A stretch of DNA of 64,000 nucleotides from NCBI GenBank assembly GCA_937625935.1, contig OW569373.1, positions 310,001 to 374,000 of the forward strand, given 5' to 3'. Below the pieces are notes generated by a model. The model was not told where the DNA came from. It saw nothing but the letters and a program-made list of their open reading frames with translations, and searched no databases. The translations under genes and the position numbers were made by a program. Positions within the stretch are counted from its first letter, which is position 1, and each line of letters opens with the position of its first letter. The DNA is from Tetramitus jugosus (lineage: Eukaryota > Protista > Heterolobosea). Positions 1 to 10,181 of the stretch are shown piece by piece.

Positions 1-350
1 GTCGTTCCCAATCCACCATTCAATTTCAACACGACGAGCTTACTGAGCAATTGCTTGACATAGGCATCGTCTTGTGCAATCTTGGCAGCGTACTTGCTGT
101 GCACTTGACTCTCATAGTTGAGAACAGTCTGTTCAGTTGGAGATTCAACACGTTCCCACTGGATAGAGTGAGCTTCTGGGTTGTTGAGTGCTTGGAGGAA
201 CCGTTTGTGCATTCGCTCAAAATTGATCATGGTTTGCTCAAATTCCTGTCTGAGCTTTTGATCATGGTGCTGAGCAATGGTGCTTGTCAGTTGTTGGACA
301 TGTTGGGAGACGGTGCTACCTACATGATGAACATCAATTTGTTGTGTCAT
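1..350 (-). CDS. UGP1: UTP--glucose-1-phosphate uridylyltransferase (UDP-glucose pyrophosphorylase), 5' part; runs off the window
   Basis: Not in the ORF track. Manual minus-strand translation from ATG 350: MTQQIDVHHV...IQWERVESP...KQLLSKLVVLKLNGGLGT, the UGPase KLNGGLGT nucleotide-binding motif. Confidence 0.93.
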   Translation of the reverse strand, partial: MTQQIDVHHVGSTVSQHVQQLTSTIAQHHDQKLRQEFEQTMINFERMHKRFLQALNNPEAHSIQWERVESPTEQTVLNYESQVHSKYAAKIAQDDAYVKQLLSKLVVLKLNGGLGT

Positions 351-617
351 GGTTTTCTTTGTTGGAAATGGTCGTTTCTATGGTACACTACGAATATATT
401 TGATTTTTGCTGTTATTGTGATCTTGGGGTCAAAAAATCACAACAATTCTTTTTCAATGAATTTTCTCTTTCAGGTGGTGTTTTTTTTAGCGTTGGGGAT
501 GTGACGTGTGTCGCTAAAAATATGGTGTGTTATGTCTTGTTTTGTCAGAGACAAGGTCGATTTACGACAGATGAATTCTTGAGTGGAACGGGTTGGTGCG
601 CAGGAGGTGGATAGATA

Positions 618-2768
618 TCACTTGGATGGTCTTGATGAGTACTTGAGAGATGATTTGGTTTGAATAGAGCTATGATTCTTTGACTTGTTGGCAGAAGGAA
701 TCAGCAATTGTTGTGCTACTGAATTTCGAATCATTCTTTGCCGTCTTTCTTCTCGTTCCACTTGCTCCTGTTGTTTCACCTGTAGTACTCTGAAAGCTTG
801 GGTACTCTCAAAACTATGAGTATGCTTGAAACTTTGAGAAGCTGTTGTGTTGGTGACTAAGTTGGCTGTGTTGTAGAATGTGATACTCTTAAATGGTAAG
901 TGTCGTTTGTGTTCTTTTCTCAATAATGTCACATAGTCTCCTGATAGGTAAGAATTGGAGAATACTCCTACCTCTTCTGTATTTTGATCCTGAATACGCT
1001 TTCTTTCTTTCACTTGTTTGAACGTTTTGGACTCCAAACAACCAAGCTGACATCCAGTCCAAATATCAATTAAATCAACAAAGTTTTTGGTGACTACGAG
1101 CATTGTTGGAATTTGATCGCTGATAGAGATGGTCTCAATGCTTTGCTCGTTGTGGTAGTACTTTACCTGTTTCAATAAGGTGTGATCTTTCGCATTGTGA
1201 ATAAATATTATGTTATCCTTTGCTATCGATATGACTAACTCGTTTTTGTAGAACCTAATATGTGTTATACAAGAATTGTGTTTCGTCAGATGTCCTTTTA
1301 CTGCACCAATACTTGTATCCCACAATACTAAGCTCCCATTATCATATCCGGTACACAACATTCGATGCACACTATCAAGACCAACTTCAACAACTCGATT
1401 CAGTTGATGAATTAATTTTTCATCCCTCTCAGCGGCTAGAGTACCAATTAAGAACATTTTGGAATCATGCCACCACACAATAATATCCTTAAGTATATTT
1501 TGCTGGATCGCTTGCTCGTTGTAGATATCTCCACTCCAACTCAAACTATTCATTGTTTGTGCTTCACTTCTTAGAATGAAAGAACATCTATATATTACGT
1601 TTGCTCTTCTACTGACGTTATTCGTATGTGAGCGATCCAAATTGCCCTCAAATCCCATGGAAAATGACGGTGTGATCTTCATACTCCATGCTAGACTCCC
1701 AGTTAATTGAATATTAGAATCAATATTAATACATTGAACACTTCCATCAGAATATGCGATTGAAAGATACTTTGCATTTGTTGAGATAAATAGGTCGCTA
1801 ATAGCCTTCTCTGTTTCTCCACGACAAGCATTGTAAATAATTTTCTCTGCACAATCAACAATGTGAATCCAATAAGCGCGATCTCCCTTCAATGAAGTTG
1901 CCACAACGAAAGCTTTTTCTCCAACGAGGGTAATATTTGCGCTAGTACTGATGCAAAACTTACTGTTCGATGATTCTTCTAGATCTGTTACCAATCGGGC
2001 ATATTCTTCATTGATAAATTCTTCTTCTACCGAATGATCTACTGACTGTTTGGATTTTGCACTTTTGACTCTTTGTTTCTTTGAGCTTGTTGGTGTCTTG
2101 CTGCCACTCGAACTCGGAGGAGTTTGTTTCTTGCCATCTGATATTTTCATTGAGTTATTCACAGCTATATCCTCCTTCTTGATCGAAACACGATATACCA
2201 ATTTGGAGCATAGGTAGCACTCTCTCTTGTTTGAGAGGTAAGGATTCTCTAAAGCCACAAGCCTGCCAAACCGAGTCATCAACATTATCATATTTTCTGA
2301 GAATGAGGCAGTATCAATTATAGAATCAAGTTTCTCGAAGACATCCACAGACTGAACAACTTCAGTACTATCTACTTTCTTACTATCCTTCTTTGTGTTC
2401 AGTTTTAATTTTGGATTCGACTTCTTACTATCGGTGGCCGATTCGAGAAGCATCTTCTTGTGAGCAGGGGTATCGATTGAGTCCTCATAACTACTTGCAC
2501 TTAGTAAAGGAAGTAAATCTCTCCTCATATCAAACTCTATTTTATCTTCACACTGACTAGTGTTGTAGTTTCTCAACCGTCCATCCTTTAAGAGCTCCTC
2601 TTCTCTCTTTGCACTCATCTCGATATGGATGTTCAGTGGATTGATAATGTCATTCTGTACTATTCTATTCAAGAACCGATAAGGTTGAGGTAATCGATCG
2701 ATGATGGATTCTGAGTCCACCATATCATGGGGACGCCTCCGAGATAACAACGACGAATGAGGTTGCAT
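618..2768 (-). CDS. WDR93: WD40-repeat protein, WDR93-like (cilium-associated)
   Basis: N-terminal LPQPYRFLNRIV resembles the WDR93 LPQPYRMINKLV motif; WD repeats (LCTGYDNGSLVLWD, KHNSCITHIRF). Confidence 0.7.
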   Translation of the reverse strand: MQPHSSLLSRRRPHDMVDSESIIDRLPQPYRFLNRIVQNDIINPLNIHIEMSAKREEELLKDGRLRNYNTSQCEDKIEFDMRRDLLPLLSASSYEDSIDTPAHKKMLLESATDSKKSNPKLKLNTKKDSKKVDSTEVVQSVDVFEKLDSIIDTASFSENMIMLMTRFGRLVALENPYLSNKRECYLCSKLVYRVSIKKEDIAVNNSMKISDGKKQTPPSSSGSKTPTSSKKQRVKSAKSKQSVDHSVEEEFINEEYARLVTDLEESSNSKFCISTSANITLVGEKAFVVATSLKGDRAYWIHIVDCAEKIIYNACRGETEKAISDLFISTNAKYLSIAYSDGSVQCINIDSNIQLTGSLAWSMKITPSFSMGFEGNLDRSHTNNVSRRANVIYRCSFILRSEAQTMNSLSWSGDIYNEQAIQQNILKDIIVWWHDSKMFLIGTLAAERDEKLIHQLNRVVEVGLDSVHRMLCTGYDNGSLVLWDTSIGAVKGHLTKHNSCITHIRFYKNELVISIAKDNIIFIHNAKDHTLLKQVKYYHNEQSIETISISDQIPTMLVVTKNFVDLIDIWTGCQLGCLESKTFKQVKERKRIQDQNTEEVGVFSNSYLSGDYVTLLRKEHKRHLPFKSITFYNTANLVTNTTASQSFKHTHSFESTQAFRVLQVKQQEQVEREERRQRMIRNSVAQQLLIPSANKSKNHSSIQTKSSLKYSSRPSK

Positions 2769-2857
2769 TCTGAGCTTCTGTAGTCGATCGTTGAAATGCT
2801 GTTGTAGGAAAAATTTTGATCGAACGAGAGACAGGAATGAACAGCATCTGGCTGACG

Positions 2858-4267
2858 TTAAATAGTATTTACTTCAATAATAACGTGAGCCTTATCCTCT
2901 ATTGAGCTATGTTGCATCACAAAATCGTTCAAATCGGCGATCATCTCGTTCCTGTTCTCATCCATTTCGAGTAACTGTATTTGACTGACGTCTAGTTCTT
3001 GTGCATCATCCATATACTCTTTTATATACCCTTTAACGATGCTCATTAGTTGATCGTAAGACATATTGCTTGGGGCAGGTGATTTGAAAATACGATTCGG
3101 CTGGTCGTCACCAAATCTAAAATCCAAATAAATATCGAGTGGATGTTCACTATGAGGATCAAATATTGGAGAATTATTCCTCGTCTTTGAAGCCTTCTTG
3201 TTTCCTTTCACTTTCTCTTCATTCTTTTCTTCTCGCTTTCTTTTCTTTTCCTTCTTTGTGCTCTTTTCTGGAATTACACTGTTGTAATTATCGTCATCCG
3301 ACTCGCTATTGGCCTTCCTCTTCTTCGACACCTTATATGTCTTCTTGCTTGTAGAAGTGTGGTGATTTATCTGCTTCGATTCATCGTCATCGCTCTCACT
3401 CTCCTCTGAATCATCTATTGTTTCAATAGCCTGTTCTTCAGGAGCAACAATTGACAGCTCATCCTCCTCTGATTCTTGATTGTCCAAAGAGTCCTCAGAG
3501 TCTGAACTCGATTCACTCTCTGCTTTTTCTTCCTCTTCCTCTTCCACTTGCATTTCTTCTCCCTTGATCTCATCAGCCTGATTATTATCATCTGACTCGG
3601 AATCAGAGTCTGAATCCTCCAAAAATTTGAACGTACTCATATCTGTCTTCTCGTACTCTCGTTTCTCTGCCAACTTGCGCCCAAAATCGACTTGAATCTC
3701 TGCTACTTCCTCCTCATCCGAGTCAACAACCTCCTTGCTCACAAATCGATCGTTCTTCTCCTTCTCACGAAGTGCCGCTTTCAATGCCAATTCTCTTCTC
3801 TTCACTAACTCTTCTTCTTCTCTCTTCTCCTGCTCCTTCTTCTCTTCCCTTTCTCTCTTTAGTCGTTCCATTCGTTCAATTTGACCTTGTTCAGCCAATT
3901 GCTTGATTCGTTCAATCTCAATCAACCGATTCTGTTCTGCAATCTTGAATCTCTCCTTTTCCTCTGCCAATTTCTGCAATCTCTGTCGTTCCCTCTCTTT
4001 CTGCATTTCTCTTGCTTCCTTTTCTTTGCGCAATTGTTGCTGTAGCTCTTGTTCTTGTCGTTTCATGTTCTCTAGTCGTTGTTGCTGGGCAGTCATCATG
4101 GGTTTACTGACATTGTTGTGGATACTTGGATCGGTCACTGTCGTCGTTGTAGTTGTTGGTTCATTGTTGTTGCTATTGGTCGTTGTGGTGTTTGGAGAAG
4201 CGATAATGATGGGTCGTTTTGCACTTGGTCGTCTCACAAGTTGACTCACTAGATCCTTGTCGTTCAT
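2858..4267 (-). CDS. Hypothetical protein: coiled coil, acidic tract, basic NLS-like segment, small globular C-terminal domain
   Basis: Long ORF with E/K/R coiled coil, DE/S-rich tract, KKEKKRKRE. Start chosen at ATG 4267 because ATG 4369 is only 1 nt from the XRCC2 stop. Confidence 0.7.
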   Translation of the reverse strand: MNDKDLVSQLVRRPSAKRPIIIASPNTTTTNSNNNEPTTTTTTVTDPSIHNNVSKPMMTAQQQRLENMKRQEQELQQQLRKEKEAREMQKERERQRLQKLAEEKERFKIAEQNRLIEIERIKQLAEQGQIERMERLKREREEKKEQEKREEEELVKRRELALKAALREKEKNDRFVSKEVVDSDEEEVAEIQVDFGRKLAEKREYEKTDMSTFKFLEDSDSDSESDDNNQADEIKGEEMQVEEEEEEKAESESSSDSEDSLDNQESEEDELSIVAPEEQAIETIDDSEESESDDDESKQINHHTSTSKKTYKVSKKRKANSESDDDNYNSVIPEKSTKKEKKRKREEKNEEKVKGNKKASKTRNNSPIFDPHSEHPLDIYLDFRFGDDQPNRIFKSPAPSNMSYDQLMSIVKGYIKEYMDDAQELDVSQIQLLEMDENRNEMIADLNDFVMQHSSIEDKAHVIIEVNTI

Positions 4268-4370
4268 GATGCAAATTCTTCTTTTTTGTTTGTTGATGGT
4301 GGTGGGTAGAATTTGTTGTTGTGAAAATTCAAGTTTTTGTTGATGCTCAGTTTTTTGGTGGTCATACATT

Positions 4371-5633
4371 TTACGATGGATCAATTTCCTCCTGGTCAAA
4401 TGTGACACCGTGGTTGGCAATTTGGAACCGATAGAGCTTTGAAGGTCGAATGGGCTTGGTCTCAATCTTGTTGAATGCTGTTGTGTTGGATACAATGGGG
4501 CACAATGCAGCTAAGAATCCGTTGTGTGTCGCTCTTTCATCCGCATCGAGCAATAATCTATACTTGACACCTTCTCGCCACGCATTTGGCATGACCTCGC
4601 GATGTATGAGATACATCTCCTCTATTATCCGTTGATCTTCGCTGAGATATTGTCTGTTTCTTTCATTTTGTTGCAGAGCTTCTCTTCGATAGGATCGACG
4701 AGACTCTTTTGGAAATAATTCTCTCACGGTAGCAAACAGTGGAATGTCATAAAACTTGGTCAGTCGAACAAGTGCTTCACATGCCTTGTCCCAATCTCTC
4801 TTTTGATAACTGCTCTTGTGAGAAAATGTACTTGTTAATGAGTCTACTATTATACAACCATATGGTGATTTGGTGGCAGAGATGCCTATTGTCGAAGAAG
4901 CAGCAGAGATGTTGTCGCTTGAAACTGATGAAACAGTATCCTTTCCTACTGATAAAAGTGACTCAATCGTCATCCAAAATGCAAATGCATTCTGTGGTCG
5001 AATCACCTTGACTCTCGATATCGTATCGTGCACAAATTTTGAAAAATCGTCATCATCGGTAAAAATTGTTGCAAAGTGCTCATCGTACTCTTGTTGAGAG
5101 ACCACTTGATCGAATCCAATTGCATTTTCTGGGTGTAATCTCATTATTCTTGCTCTCTTTTCCTGTATTTGTGCCATGACAATCACATAGATACGCTCCT
5201 CGAGCATCTGCACCAATTGAACTTCATCAAATTTGAAATCCATGTCAAAAAACAAGACATTGTACTGTCCAGAATCACCACTCGACAATGACTCGTGTCT
5301 AAATATCAAATTATTTGCTCCCAAATTCTCTTCACCATCCAACATCAATTCTTCTTCATTTTCACTTGTTGTTCTTGATTGCGATTTCATCGTTGTCGTC
5401 ACAAGTGGCATAATACAGTTCAAACATGCAGTAAGACATAACTGAGATGCTCCACAACCTTGATTTCCATAAATTTCGACAATGTCACCTGGTTGAATGC
5501 CTGTACTTCCACTGAATGAACACTGGTCTAATGGATCGATGCCAGTGTAGAGAGGCTTTTGATGTTTTCTCGTGAGAAACGTGAGAGCAGTTTCGTTTGG
5601 TGTTAAAAGTTGTAAAAGTTGTTCGAGATCCAT
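4371..5633 (-). CDS. XRCC2: RAD51 paralogue, XRCC2-like
   Basis: ETALTFL, TGIDPLD, GDIVEIYG, CLNCIMP, VLFFDMDFKFD and Walker B IIVDSL follow the XRCC2 layout; first ATG at 5633. Confidence 0.8.
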   Translation of the reverse strand: MDLEQLLQLLTPNETALTFLTRKHQKPLYTGIDPLDQCSFSGSTGIQPGDIVEIYGNQGCGASQLCLTACLNCIMPLVTTTMKSQSRTTSENEEELMLDGEENLGANNLIFRHESLSSGDSGQYNVLFFDMDFKFDEVQLVQMLEERIYVIVMAQIQEKRARIMRLHPENAIGFDQVVSQQEYDEHFATIFTDDDDFSKFVHDTISRVKVIRPQNAFAFWMTIESLLSVGKDTVSSVSSDNISAASSTIGISATKSPYGCIIVDSLTSTFSHKSSYQKRDWDKACEALVRLTKFYDIPLFATVRELFPKESRRSYRREALQQNERNRQYLSEDQRIIEEMYLIHREVMPNAWREGVKYRLLLDADERATHNGFLAALCPIVSNTTAFNKIETKPIRPSKLYRFQIANHGVTFDQEEIDPS

Positions 5634-5977
5634 TTGTTTTGTCTGTTGTAGGTACAATCAACAACTTTTGTTGTTTGTGTTAAGGAAAGCTTTTTCGCTG
5701 TTCTTGCGATTTTTCGATATCGAGTAATTTCTGGAAGTTCACGGAAGGGATTGAAGTTTTTTTGATCGAGCGTTACCTGTCGCGTTTTTGTGCCAAAATT
5801 TTTACCAACTTCGCGCTCAAATGCATCGTTATGCATTTCGCTGGTAAAGCTTTTGGCCTAAGTCCCCATACCATCACTTCTAAACTAAAAACAATAACAA
5901 CAATCACAACGACAACAACAAACCAAACACTAACACGATCTCTTCTTCGGACCAACAACAACCCTCATCTCTTTATC

Positions 5978-6829
5978 ATGCAAGTCTTCGCCACCACAGA
6001 GCCACAAACTACAATCCTAGACCAACAACAAGCAGAAGCAACATCAGCAACAACAACAACAGCTCTTACACAAAACAACAACAATGACACCAACAACAAC
6101 AACATCAACAATAGCTCTGTACCATCATTTGCCTCACCATTCAAAGGCCCAAAGATTGCTTGGAAGAAACAATTCAAGAGATCAGGAACCAACAACAACA
6201 ATAGCAACAATAACAATAGCTCTGATGCATCAGTCACAGAGTCAAACTGTCCTTCTAATACCTCACCAACGCCGCAACACACGGAACAACAACAAGCGAT
6301 CCAAGAGGTGAACAACACTGATAAGAATGAACTGAATCCAGGCTCTAATTCTCCACCTGGTGGCATTACTCAAGTTCAACAAGATAGCACGACCTCGACC
6401 ACGGCGAATATGACTCTAACCGTGAAGCAAGAATCGCAAGAAAGCACAACTACGATGAACAACATGACTACTACGATCAACTATCGAAGTGATCCTGCAA
6501 CTCCTGCAAGGAAATCAATCAAGAGGAAAGTCATCTCTCCTTGTGCTAGCATTCCAAGCTCTGTTGTGACTCAAGACTCATCATCCAATGTCGCTGCTGC
6601 CAACATCATTGTGACCAGCATTAGTGAAAACAAGGAGAATAGAGTTCCATTGGCCAGAGTGATAAACTTTTCCTCTGATTCTGGTGCCTCGCGATTCACC
6701 ATGAAACAATCACCAGGTTTTACGAGCCCAAGAGAACGGAAGTTGGCAAAGCGGGTCAGTGTCAACCGAGTGGATACAATCTCACAGAATTTGTCTACTT
6801 CAAAAGTAGCTCTCAAATTTGTCTTTTAA
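5978..6829 (+). CDS. Intrinsically disordered protein with KEN box, D-box and CDK consensus sites
   Basis: N/T/Q/S-rich ORF; KEN-RVPLARVIN at 6632-6667; SPFK, TPARK, SPRERK. Alternative ATG at 5831. Confidence 0.65.
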   Translation: MQVFATTEPQTTILDQQQAEATSATTTTALTQNNNNDTNNNNINNSSVPSFASPFKGPKIAWKKQFKRSGTNNNNSNNNNSSDASVTESNCPSNTSPTPQHTEQQQAIQEVNNTDKNELNPGSNSPPGGITQVQQDSTTSTTANMTLTVKQESQESTTTMNNMTTTINYRSDPATPARKSIKRKVISPCASIPSSVVTQDSSSNVAAANIIVTSISENKENRVPLARVINFSSDSGASRFTMKQSPGFTSPRERKLAKRVSVNRVDTISQNLSTSKVALKFVF

Positions 6830-7158
6830 GACGTGGCACAGTCTTAAAACTGGCAATAATAAAAGATGTGAACACACAAGGAGCAAAGACGCACAAAGGA
6901 GTGCTCGTCTCTGCTCATTCCTTGAAAGCAAATTTGAAATTCCTTGTTATAAAAAAACCAACGGACACTTGTCATTTCAAAGATACCGCACTGGCGCCAA
7001 GAAAATTCACCCATTCTCCGCTTGCCCAAAAATTCGATTTGGTGACTGTATCACAAAAAGCAACTAGAAGCAGGTGATAATAAGCACAAACGAACAACAC
7101 GCGCCAACAAAAACTAGACACCCATCCCTCTTTCGATTGATCCATTGTGCGAGTATTT

Positions 7159-8823
7159 ATGAATACCAACAACGAGAACAATCAACCTCATAGCACAATA
7201 CAGTCCTCAAACAACAACAACGACAACAACAACAACAATAACAATAACACATTGTCCTCTCAACAACAACCACAACCACAACAACCACAATACGTAGCTA
7301 CGTCTTCTGCGATTCTCAACAGAACACAATCACAACAACTCAAATCTAGAACATCACCCTTTGGTAGCTCCAACAACCTTCTCTTTCAACAAGAACATCA
7401 GGAACGAGAACAATTCGACGAATACGAAGATTCCACTTTTCAGAGCATTTCCATTGATAACGACAACAATCATCATCATCACCATCATCCACAATATAGC
7501 ATGTTTCGATCGACTTCTTCCCCTTCATCCAATCTCTTATCAAACCACAATAATAATAATAACATGAACAATAATAGCAATTCCATTTCATCTGTTCTCG
7601 GTCAATTCGTCAGTGACAAATGGAACAACAACAATAACAACAATTCAAGCAATGGTGATTTGTTGCCTGGTTTCGATGCAAGTATATCGGCACAAAAGAG
7701 TGCTTCACGACTCAAGAAAATTGTCATTGTTTTGTTGTGTGCATTGGCTCTCATGTTCATTTATCATGTCAATTCTCTCAATGGCTTGACTGGTACCACT
7801 GCTGCTGGCAACACAAAAATTTTTGATTTTCAAGATTTGGAAGACAGAGACAAATTCTCTGTTCGCTCCGAAGATGACTCACGGAGTGATTATCCAATTG
7901 TGCTCTGTGCTGATCGTGATTCCTATTCTTTCAATTCCAAGTCTCATGCATGGACATCTCTATTGATTGAAGGTACATTGAAGAGAGATGCTGACACTGG
8001 TATGTACACGGCTCATTTTCCAAAGGATCCAACAACAGGTCAAGTGCAAACTACTCCACTCGAAGGTAAATTGGCCGAGGGAAAACGAGGATTGGAATTG
8101 TCTGAACTCAAGAGATTCAATGGTCGATTGTACACTGTGGATGATCGTACGGGTATTGTCTATGAGATTATGGATAAGGACCCAAAGACGAACAAGAGAA
8201 AAGTTGTGGCACGATACATTTTGAATGATGGAGATGGTCATACGGACAAGGGATTCAAATCCGAGTGGGCCACTGTCAAGGACAATAAGCTCTATGTCGG
8301 TAGCATTGGTAAGGAGTGGACAACTGGAACAGGAGAGGTCATTAGTCACAATCCAATGTATGTCAAGAGTATCGATCTGAACGGATCCATCAAGAGTATC
8401 AATTGGGTGAAGCAGTACACTGCGTTGAGAGATGCAGCAGGTGTTCCATTCCCTGGCTACATGGTTCATGAATCTGCAGAGTGGAGTGATTTCTATAAGC
8501 GATGGTTCTTCCTACCAAGAAGAGTGTCAAAGCTGTCATACGATGAAGTCAAGGATGTGAACCGTGGTTCTAACATTATGATTGCTGCATCAGAAGATTT
8601 CAAGAGCATCAGTATTAAGAGAATTGGTGATCTTACACCAACAAGAGGCTTCTCTTCATTCAAGTTCATTCCTGGTAGACCTCGTGAGATTGTAGCGATT
8701 AAGTCAGAGGAAGTTGGAGAGAAGATGAGCAGCTATATCACAGTGTTTACTACAAGTGGCAAGATTTTGTTGCCAGAGACATTGATTGCCGAAGAAAAGA
8801 TTGAAGGTATCGAAATTGAATAA
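7159..8823 (+). CDS. CANT1: Calcium-activated nucleotidase / apyrase (CANT1 family), type II membrane protein
   Basis: GRGLELSEL-like (KRGLELSEL), DDRTGIVYEI, GFKSEWATVK, GSIGKEWT, HES, RWFFLPRR, RGFSSFKF, KSEE, KIEGIE; single TM after a poly-Asn cytosolic tail. Confidence 0.95.
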   Translation: MNTNNENNQPHSTIQSSNNNNDNNNNNNNNTLSSQQQPQPQQPQYVATSSAILNRTQSQQLKSRTSPFGSSNNLLFQQEHQEREQFDEYEDSTFQSISIDNDNNHHHHHHPQYSMFRSTSSPSSNLLSNHNNNNNMNNNSNSISSVLGQFVSDKWNNNNNNNSSNGDLLPGFDASISAQKSASRLKKIVIVLLCALALMFIYHVNSLNGLTGTTAAGNTKIFDFQDLEDRDKFSVRSEDDSRSDYPIVLCADRDSYSFNSKSHAWTSLLIEGTLKRDADTGMYTAHFPKDPTTGQVQTTPLEGKLAEGKRGLELSELKRFNGRLYTVDDRTGIVYEIMDKDPKTNKRKVVARYILNDGDGHTDKGFKSEWATVKDNKLYVGSIGKEWTTGTGEVISHNPMYVKSIDLNGSIKSINWVKQYTALRDAAGVPFPGYMVHESAEWSDFYKRWFFLPRRVSKLSYDEVKDVNRGSNIMIAASEDFKSISIKRIGDLTPTRGFSSFKFIPGRPREIVAIKSEEVGEKMSSYITVFTTSGKILLPETLIAEEKIEGIEIE

Positions 8824-9041
8824 AATCAACAAATTGAACAGTTTAAGTTAATAATATCGATGTTCTTGATGCTTGCCTTGACATCAAATTATGGTATCAA
8901 GTACCATACATGTTGTTTCTAAGCTCTGTAATCCCCGTCTGAAACAACCGAGATCAAAGAATAGAGCAGCTGTGCTGACCCATGAGCGATTCTTCTTTGG
9001 CCATTGAGCCCAAGTTTTGTCCTGTGTAACAGTTCTCATTT

Positions 9042-9638
9042 TCACAATTGACTAATCAACTCGGACGAACACTGATCCAACACTTGCAATGCCTTTTTCA
9101 CCACTACATCTTCCACATTACCACTCCATTCCTGATTTTGTTTTCTGGCCTGGACAGCTCCTTGCAACTGCTTCATGTGCTCTGGTCGCATCACCACACT
9201 TGTCTCATTGTTCAACAATGATAAATTCTCTTGAGGTTCATCTTCCTTGAAAGACCTCAAATAGTGCATGGCTCTCTCATATCCCTTGATTACACCAAAC
9301 AATTTGCCTTCTTCCATTCCTTGCATCATGCCCTGTTCAAAACCAACTTGTCGATGTTCATCAACAGCTGTCTCTATTCCTTCTCTGTAACCTGCATTGT
9401 GCATCTTTCTCTCCAAATGTTCAAACTCGTGTTGTCTCATTCTTCTCTCATAGCGCAATGAACTCTTGCTCATGGATTCGCCCTCTGATCCAGAGTCTGA
9501 ACCAAAAATGTCGTCATCATCGAGAGATGACATGGAGTCTTCATTGGATGCATCGACAGGAGCATCATAAAACTCTGTATCATTGAGATTGTCGTTGATT
9601 GTGAGCTTTTGTTCCATTTGCTTCTCTACAGTGTCCAT
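9042..9638 (-). CDS. YAE1: Yae1-family protein (Fe-S delivery adaptor for ABCE1/Rli1)
   Basis: GX3 repeats GYREGIETAVDEHRQVGFEQGMMQGMEEG preceded by acidic DDDIFG segment. Confidence 0.8.
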   Translation of the reverse strand: MDTVEKQMEQKLTINDNLNDTEFYDAPVDASNEDSMSSLDDDDIFGSDSGSEGESMSKSSLRYERRMRQHEFEHLERKMHNAGYREGIETAVDEHRQVGFEQGMMQGMEEGKLFGVIKGYERAMHYLRSFKEDEPQENLSLLNNETSVVMRPEHMKQLQGAVQARKQNQEWSGNVEDVVVKKALQVLDQCSSELISQL

Positions 9639-9709
9639 TTCTTGGCGGGTAAATATTGCGTTGTTTCTGCGTTTTTGATCTTTTGGAGGAAAAATTTTGG
9701 TGAATGGCT

Positions 9710-9979
9710 TTATTCGCTGCTTTTATTTGCTTCAGCTTCAAATTGAGTTGGTGTCCAACATTTTTTGAAGCTCAAGGCATGAATACCCTTCAATTCTTCC
9801 TTGATACTCTCATTGACCAGTCTTTGTCTTTCTAGGAGCTTTAGACCTTCAAATTTTGGAGAAACAATCAAAACACGAAACATGGCACCACAACCACCTG
9901 ATTCATCCACCACTTCTACATGTGGAGCTTCTAATCTTTCCTTTAAAATATTTGTCAAGTCTTCTGCTGCAATTGGCAT
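9710..9979 (-). CDS. BOLA2: BolA-family protein, probably cytosolic BolA2
   Basis: DESGGCGAMF, IVSPKFEG, LLERQRLVN, IHAL; no targeting presequence. Confidence 0.88.
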   Translation of the reverse strand: MPIAAEDLTNILKERLEAPHVEVVDESGGCGAMFRVLIVSPKFEGLKLLERQRLVNESIKEELKGIHALSFKKCWTPTQFEAEANKSSE

Positions 9980-10181
9980 GTTTTACAATCTAGTCTAAAA
10001 GGGAACTCTTTTTCTGCAGAGAAGGAAATTTCGTGTTTGTTTTTCTTCTTCAAGAAGTTGCTTTTTGTTCCGCCGGCCGAAACATCTTTTCAGAAAAATT
10101 GCCAAGAACAGTTGCCAGACGAAGTTTTTGACATTCCTTCCTAAACACACAAACAAGACATTGTTCGTTGCCAATCATAAG

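Noticed and set aside
51-614. 187-aa plus-strand ORF
   Set aside because: Non-ATG start; antisense shadow of the UGPase gene on the minus strand.
8915-8975. Possible hairpin / H/ACA-like RNA between apyrase and YAE1
   Set aside because: Only a short stem (GCTCT..AGAGC); no convincing boxes.
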